DNA of 63,962 nucleotides, counting the filler, from Reclinomonas americana ATCC 50394 (lineage: Eukaryota), in the NCBI GenBank assembly GCA_048213135.1. It is 7 parts of 3 records of this genome, joined end to end, with 100 filler letters (N's around TTAATTAATTAA, not from the genome) between each part and the next. Parts side by side here need not be neighbours in the genome. Positions count along the whole stretch, not along the records: positions 48,004 to 60,421 come from PS015346.1; positions 60,522 to 62,737 come from PS015350.1; positions 62,838 to 63,962 come from PS015360.1; 4 more parts are not named here. One strand, 5' to 3'. A model generated the notes under the pieces. That model was not told the DNA's origin and made no database searches. It saw only the letters and a list, made by a program, of their open reading frames with translations. Shown in pieces: positions 57,201 to 63,962 of this stretch (position 1 is its first letter; each line of letters begins with the position of its first letter). A program made the translations under genes and the position numbers.

Positions 57201-59932
57201 GGACTCAGCGGAAGAGTGAGCAAGAGAGCAAGAGAGAGAGAGAGAGAGTGACAATGTAGGAGGTTAGAAAAGCAGGAGAGCAGGCAGAAAGGAGACAGTC
57301 AACCTGGGGAGTCAGACGAACTGTTTATGCTCCACACACTCTGTTGTCCATTCTCACCCCCTTTCCCTTCCCCTCCCTCGCAGATCGTGGAGAACCTCTT
57401 CGCCGACAACAAGATCCAAGTGCTTGTATCCACCTCGACACTGGCGTGGGGTGTCAACTTGCCTGCCCATCTGGTGGTAGTCAAGGGCACCGAGTACTTT
57501 GATGCCAAGACGTCGCGCTACGTCGACTACCCCATCACCGACGTGCTGCAAATGATTGGTCGTGCTGGTCGTCCGCAATTCGACACCGAAGCCGTGGCCG
57601 TCGTGTGCGTGCACGAACCGAAGCGCGACTACTACAAGAAGTTCCTCTACGATCCGTTCCCGGTGGAGAGCAGTCTCGCCGAATTCATTCACAATCACAT
57701 CAACGCCGAAATCGTGGCCGGCACGCTCAAGAGGTTAATTTTATTGTGTGTGTGCGAAGACCGTGTCGTCCTCCTTTTATCAACATTGTTGTTGTTGTTG
57801 TTGTGTGCGTGCAGCCGCCAAGACACGCTCGATTACATGACGTGGACGTATCTGTACCGGAGACTGCTGCAGAACCCGTCGTACTACGGGCTGGAGGACT
57901 CGTCGTTTGAGGCTGTGGAGGACTACTTGTGTTCGTTGATTGACCGCGTGTTGAAGGATCTCGCACGCGCGCAATGTGTCGGTGAGGCTTGCTTGTTAGA
58001 AAGAATCACACGCGCTGCTTGCTTGGTTCCTCATTCCTTCTCCCCCCTCGTGGCCAGACATTTCCGAGGACGAGAGTCTCGAATCGACCACGCTCGGCAA
58101 GTTGGCCGCCTACTACTACCTGGACTACAAGTCGGCGCGTCTCTACGCCGACCGTCTGCTGCCGATGTCGTCGCTGGAGGAGATTCTGGATACGCTGTGC
58201 GAATCCACCGAGTACGACGAGTTGCCGGTGCGCCACAACGAGGACAAGCTGAACATGGAGCTGAATGCGACTGTTGCGTGCACATTGTGGCGATCAGTAG
58301 TGTGTGTATGTTCTCATCGGTACTCTCCTGCAGGTGCCGCATCCGCTCAGCCGACGTGCCTTCGACTCGCCACACACCAAGACGCATCTGCTGTTGCAGG
58401 CGCACTTTTCGCGACTGCCTGTGCCGATTGCCGATTACATCTCCGACACCAAGTCGGTGTTGGATCAGTCGATTCGTTTGGTGCAAGCCATGGTCGATGT
58501 GGCGGCCGATCGTGGCCTCCTGAGCGTCGGTGCGTGTGTCATACAACGACTGTTCATTGCTGCAGACTAACGTGGTGTGTGGGCCGCAGCGCTGCGCATC
58601 ATGTCGATCATGCAAATGATCATGCAAGGCCGCTGGGTCACCGACTCACCGCTGCTGATGTTGCCACACGTCACGCAGCACACCATCGAAGTACTCTTTG
58701 AGAATGTGAGTCTGCGACTTTTGCTGGCGAGTCCGTCGCTCTGCCACTCACACGCGCTTGCATCCGGACAGAATGTGGAGGTGGTGCAACAGCTGCTGGC
58801 GCTGCCGCGCAACGACCGCTACGCCCTGCTGCGTGCCGCGCACGCCGAAGACGAGATTGTCGACGTGCGTTTCCCCCCTTGCCCCTCCATCTCCTTCGCC
58901 TCAACTGATTTCTTTATTGGTTGCAGATCGAGGCCGCGCTGGAACACATGCCAATCATCGACGTGCGACCGATGCTGTCCGTGCCACACGCGCAGCCGGG
59001 ACACACCGTGTCGGTCACTGTCGACCTTCATCGCCGCAGTCGCGCCTTCGGACGCTCCTACGCCCCGCGCTACCCGAAGAACAAGGAGGAGATGTGGTGG
59101 TTGGCGGTCGGCACCGACCTGTCGGACATGCAGGGACCTGGCACACTGTTTGCCCTCCGCCGCATCTCGTTCCGCGAGCACACCCAGGCCAAGTTGTCGT
59201 TCGAGGCGCCATCGCAACTCGGCCGCCAGCGACTGGCCGTGTACCTCATTTCCGACACGTATCTCGGCTTTGATCAGGTGCGTGAGTGAGAGAGCAGGCG
59301 CAATTGAGCGCGATTGTGCTCACATCGCCTCCTCCTCCCCCCGACACACAGGTGTGCCAACTGGAGCTGGATGTCAGCCTGAGCGCCCCATCGGCGGCGC
59401 GCGCCAACGCCAGCGCACCCGTCATGCTCGCGCCGTTCGTGCCCACCGCGCAGGAGATTGTCGAGCTGGAGGACCAGGATGTGGTCGAGCTGTTGAGTGG
59501 CCAATCGCGTGTCAAGTCATGGGCCGACGAGATCGACTCGGTCATGCCTCTGCTGCGCCACCTCAGCGTCGACAACGACGAAGGTCGGTCGAACAAACAA
59601 TCGATATCAATCATGCACGAGCTTGCTTGCTCATGTGCGTATGTACAGTCTCCGGCGACGCCAACTCGCCACCAGCAGGTGCCACAGCTCCTTCCGCTTC
59701 CGCAGCAGCTGCAGCAGCAGCAGGAGAAGGTGGCTCACTCTCACGTCGCGAACGCGTTCGACGTCGCCAAGAGGAACGTCGCCAACAGCAAGAGCAGCTG
59801 CTGCTCGAGCAGGCCCGACGTCTGCGCGAGCTGGCCATGCAGAGTGCCGACGACGATGCCGATGCAGCAACTACGGTCCGTTGCACGGTGACTGGCAGCG
59901 ATTGGAAGCACGGTGATGATGAGAGGGACTGA
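50335..59932 (+). CDS. ASCC3: Tandem-cassette Ski2-like helicase ASCC3/Slh1 (ribosome quality-control trigger)
   Basis: 35 introns; two helicase cassettes ([48 protein letters not shown]) each with a Sec63 domain; ASCC3-type second cassette ([39 protein letters not shown]). Confidence 0.95.
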
Positions 59933-60521
59933 TTGATTGATTGCGAGTGAAAGGGAATCGCATTGTCACGTGGCGTGTCCGCGCGCGCGAGGAGTTTCTT
60001 GTTGTCGTTGTTGTTGTCTGTACGCGCGCGTACTGTGTGAGCTCTCATGTGCGGGTGTCGCTCGTCAACGAGTTGCGTGTGAGGATGATGGAGAGAGAGA
60101 GAGCCGATATCGTATTCGTTAAACACCCACTTGCTCTCACTCACTCTCTCACACACTCAAGGCACACAAGGCAGACGCTCGCTCATTCTCATACAGTCAT
60201 TTTCTCACTCACTCTCTTACTCACTCTCTCACTCACTCACTCTCTCACACTCACTCTCTCGCTCTCTCTCTCTCTCTCTCACTCACTCCCTCCCTCCCTC
60301 CCTCACTCACTCACTCACTCACTCACTCACTCACTCACTCACTCACTCACTCACTCACTCACTCACTCACTCACTCACTCACTCACTCACTCACTCACTC
60401 ACTCACTCACTCACTCACTCANNNNNNNNNNNNNNNNNNNNNNNNNNNNNNNNNNNNNNNNNNNNTTAATTAATTAANNNNNNNNNNNNNNNNNNNNNNN
60501 NNNNNNNNNNNNNNNNNNNNN

Positions 60522-60558
<37 letters not shown>

Positions 60559-60651
60559 GCATGTGTCTGCAATGTTGACAAGCCACTTTTGTCCATTCTT
60601 GTCCATTCTTCTGTTTGCATCGCCACCGTTCCTCAACTATCCGGCACACAG

Positions 60652-61871
60652 AAACTGCGCAACATCAACGAGGCCTTCTTGTCGGACCTGCTGCGCATGT
60701 GCCAGCCCACATTGGAGCTGCTGCGCGACCGTGGACGCAAGCTGGATGCGCGAGGATGGTACGACGCCACGCTGCAACTCAATATTGCGGCCGTGTTTGT
60801 CGCCAATAGCAAGAGATTCCGGTGTGCACCTCTCCCTCTCCCTCTCTCTCCCCAGTCGTCATTCTCCGTTGCCTGACTCTTTTCGTGCGCAGAGAGTACG
60901 CCACCTTTGTGAACCAGTACGAGGCACTGACATTCACGCTGGCGGAGAAGAAGAAAAAGGGCAAGGTCAAGGCATTTTTGGCGGAGGCCAACAAGGATCC
61001 GCGATTGAAGGGAGTGGCACTCGAGGTTTGTGCGCCACACGGAAGGTGGCGAAGACACTGTCTCACCTGCGTCGTCGTGCTTTACAGGGACAACTGGTGA
61101 AGCCCATTCAGCGACTGCCACGTTACGCGTTGCTGTTGATGGTGAGTGTCTCTCTCCGATCGACATGCGCCCCCCTCGATGCCTGAGCGCACCTATCACC
61201 GCAGGACTTTATTCGACACATGGAAGAGTCGCATCCGCACTACCAGACCGTGGTCAAGGCGCTGGATGAGGTCGAGGACATTACGAATTACTGCAACGAG
61301 CGAAAACGCGATTTTGACAACATTCATCGAGTGATCGAGCTGCAGGATTTGATGGATGTACCGGTGCGTGTCTCTGCACTCACTCGCGCAGCAGCAATGA
61401 TTATGAGAGGCACTCACAACGATGTGTGGTGTGGCGCAGCCGGGACCCCACAACCGCCGCCTCATCAAGGAGGGCGCCGTGCAAAAGGCCGCCAAGTCGG
61501 ATCGCACGCGCTTGAAGCACGCCGACCTCATGCTATTCACCGACGTGATTGCGTTGCACCGATCCACACGAGTGGCGCTGCGTCACGTCACCGACACCAT
61601 TCCGCTGGAGGAGCCGTCGTTGGAGGTGCGACCGGTGCCGAATACCGACGCGCAGTTTTCCATTCATGTCGACGGCCGCCCCGATGTGGTGCTGCAGGCA
61701 CCGAATGAGATGGAGGTTTGTGTGTGCACGAGAGAAAGCATCTGTTGGTTCTTGTTTGGTGCTGATTGGATCTGTTCTCTGTAGCGTGGTGAATGGGTAC
61801 ACGCACTGCAAAGGACAATTGCTGCAGTGCACGCGGCCAAGGAGGAGGAGGCAGAACGCGGGCGAGTGTAG
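60652..61871 (+). CDS. Dbl-family RhoGEF (DH-PH), 5' part missing in gap
   Basis: DH motifs EYATFVNQY, LVKPIQRLPRYALLL, HPHY..V.KAL..VEDI..YCNERKR; PH motifs RRLIKEG, LMLFTDVI, QAPNEMERGEWVHAL. Confidence 0.9.
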
Positions 61872-61999
61872 TCAGTGAAAAAACAAATGAGTGGACATTC
61901 TTTTCCGAGTGTTTTTGGTTTCATTTTTTCATGTACACCACGTGCGCACACGGGCACACACGCCGACAAATACATACAGGGCCAACGCACTCGCCGCGC

Positions 62000-62474
62000 T
62001 TACGAACGAGGGTTGCTGCGCGAGCGGTGTGGCGAGAAGGCGAGATCGCCAATGCTGCGTGTGCGGAAAGCAATGCCAGCTCTGTTGCGACAAGGGAGTC
62101 AGAGACCACGAAACACTTCCAATAAAAGGAATGACGACGTACCGAGAGCGCGGCACAGTGGTGACAAACTCGGGCGATCCATCGCGGTGCTCGGATTTGC
62201 GCAGCTGGTCAGGGAAAAAATGCGGGTTGTTGCTGCTGTAGCCGACGCCGTTGTTGATAAACTGCGGCAGATCGCGTTCCCGCGAAAACGTGCCCGTCAC
62301 CGACTCGTCCACCACAGACGGCTGTCGCAGTCCGGTGGTCTTGAAATCCGTCTGGCCGACCCACCGCTTCGCGTTGACCTCGGGCTTGTTCAGTGTGGTT
62401 GGCTCGACGTATGGGCCGCGGGTCATCGTGAACAGACCGTCGCCGGTGGCCGGTTCGCCGGATCTCTCGTGGCA
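62000..62474 (-). CDS. 3' exons of a hypothetical protein
   Basis: Exon after TAG acceptor (CHERSGEP...GPYVEP...KRWVGQTDFKTTG...VPRSR), GTACGT intron, last exon ending NPRS* (TAA 62002-62000). Confidence 0.55.
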
Positions 62475-62692
62475 CTAATATGGGGAAGGGGGGTAGAGGG
62501 AGAAGGGTTAGAGGGGGAAGGGGGAAGGGGAGAAGGGAGGTGAGAGGAGCGAGAGCAAAGAGGGGGGAAAGCAAAAGGGAGAGAGCGAAAGGGGGAGAGC
62601 AAAAGGGGGAAAAGCGAAAGGGGGAAAAGCGAAAGGGGGAGAGCAAAAGGGGGAGAGCAAAAGGGGGAGAGCAAAAGGGGGAGAGCAATAGG

Positions 62693-62737
<45 letters not shown>

Positions 62738-62838
62738 NNNNNNNNNNNNNNNNNNNNNNNNNNNNNNNNNNNNNNNNNNNNTTAATTAATTAANNNNNNN
62801 NNNNNNNNNNNNNNNNNNNNNNNNNNNNNNNNNNNNNA

Positions 62839-63648
62839 CCTGCACAACGGGAGTGTCAGTGCCAAAAGCATCTCACAATTGCCACGAGGGGACACCCTCA
62901 CCGTGGTGGGGATCTTGCGCGCGAGATTCGCCGCCATGGCGTGCGTCTCGACACACGCAGTGGGCGCCTCGACCACAATCACGTGGAACGAGCGACGCGC
63001 GGACTCGGCAGCAAACAACAGGAAGCTCTCCACAATCTTCGAGGGTCCATACACCAAAATGTACTCGCTGCGTCCAAGAGAGAATGGGTAAGCCACAGGA
63101 CCACGCAGCTATTTGGGAATCATCGCTCTCACCTGTCGTGCACGTGCTCGGCGGCCTTCTTCTTGATCTCCACCGGCGCCGAATCAATCCTGTCAATCAA
63201 GTGGTTCACACTCTCAATCACCTCCTCCTTCAGCGCCCCAAACGGCAAGTCGTGTTTCCTCATGCTCGGCTGCGCCGACTCCTCCACATCTGCCGACAAG
63301 AACTGCAGCGGCGTGCGATCACTGGGCGCCGGAGTGGCCGGCGCAGAAATCGTCTGTGCACTGCTCCCGCTCTGCTCTCCAGCCTCGCCCATGAAGAACA
63401 GCACTCGCCGGCACACGTTGTGAATCGGCAGCACTGCGCGCGGTGGTCAGTCACGCGGCACGGGAGAGAGAGAGAGAGAGAGAAAAGGAGACAAACCATT
63501 CGGTCTTGCCGCCGCCAACGCCTGCCCAATGCTGCGCAGAATATCGAATACGGTTCCCGCGCGCAACTCGCCGCTTCGCGTGTCACTAATCACGCGTCGG
63601 AAGAGCGCCGCCGTGGCAAGGGCCGCCGGTCCAGATCCCGCAATCTTG
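62839..63648 (-). CDS. EIF2B2: Translation initiation factor eIF2B beta subunit (internal exons)
   Basis: KIAGSGPAALATAALFRRVI, LRSIGQALAAARPNVLPIHNVCRRVL, LKEEVIESVNHLID, AAEHVHDSEYILVYGPSKIVESFLLFAA..RSFHVIVVEA. Confidence 0.88.
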
Positions 63649-63962
63649 CTGCGCACCGAAAAAGAAAAAATGTGACTGACTGGTCCCCAACAATGAAGCG
63701 AAAGGCACAGGAGATGAAAGAGAGAGAAGAGGAGGGAGGGGGAAGAGGCGGAGGAGAAGCAGATGAAGAAGGAGAAGACCAAGAATGATGAGAGGGAGAC
63801 GGATGACTCTGACCCACATGAGTCTCATGCACAAACGCACGAGACACAAGAGAGATAGAGAGAGAGGAGAAGCAGACGAAGAAGGAGAAAAGAAGAATTC
63901 CCAGTGGAGGCAAGCCGACAGATGAGTTGTCTGTGACTGCGTGACCCCAACACGAGCCTCAT

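Noticed and set aside
50335..59932. Alternative genetic code or stop readthrough
   Set aside because: Every in-frame stop in the conserved genes falls within a GT-AG intron; Trp and Gln positions use standard codons
50335..59932. Brr2/SNRNP200 identity for the helicase
   Set aside because: Second cassette keeps DEIH and ASCC3-type motifs ([21 protein letters not shown])

Overview
Eukaryotic (most likely protist) genomic scaffold: GC-rich exons, very dense short GT-AG introns (mostly ~55-80 nt, donor usually G|GTGCGT/GTGAGT, branch-like CT[C/G/A]AY, YAG acceptor), some introns inflated by simple repeats or minisatellites, many N-gaps and six artificial TTAATTAATTAA linkers. Manual splicing gives about 14 genes: a 7TM gustatory-receptor-like/DUF3537-type membrane protein, three tandem paralogs of an unknown coiled-coil family (one tail-anchored, one truncated, one giant), a small coiled-coil protein, an RXT3-like C-terminal-domain protein, a beta-amylase with N-terminal hydrophobic segments, a catalytically dead Zn-ribbon/calpain/EF-hand protein, a large MGCC-start disordered protein, a mitochondrial PPR protein, RGP1, ASCC3/Slh1, a DH-PH RhoGEF, an orphan gene end and eIF2B-beta. 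Most striking signal: a frequent second class of 5' splice site, GTT[G/A/T]CG(T), i.e. the normal G|GTGCGT motif shifted by one base and never preceded by an exonic G (13 of 58 introns in three well-anchored genes). Gene models and family calls come from reading and motif recall, not database searches.
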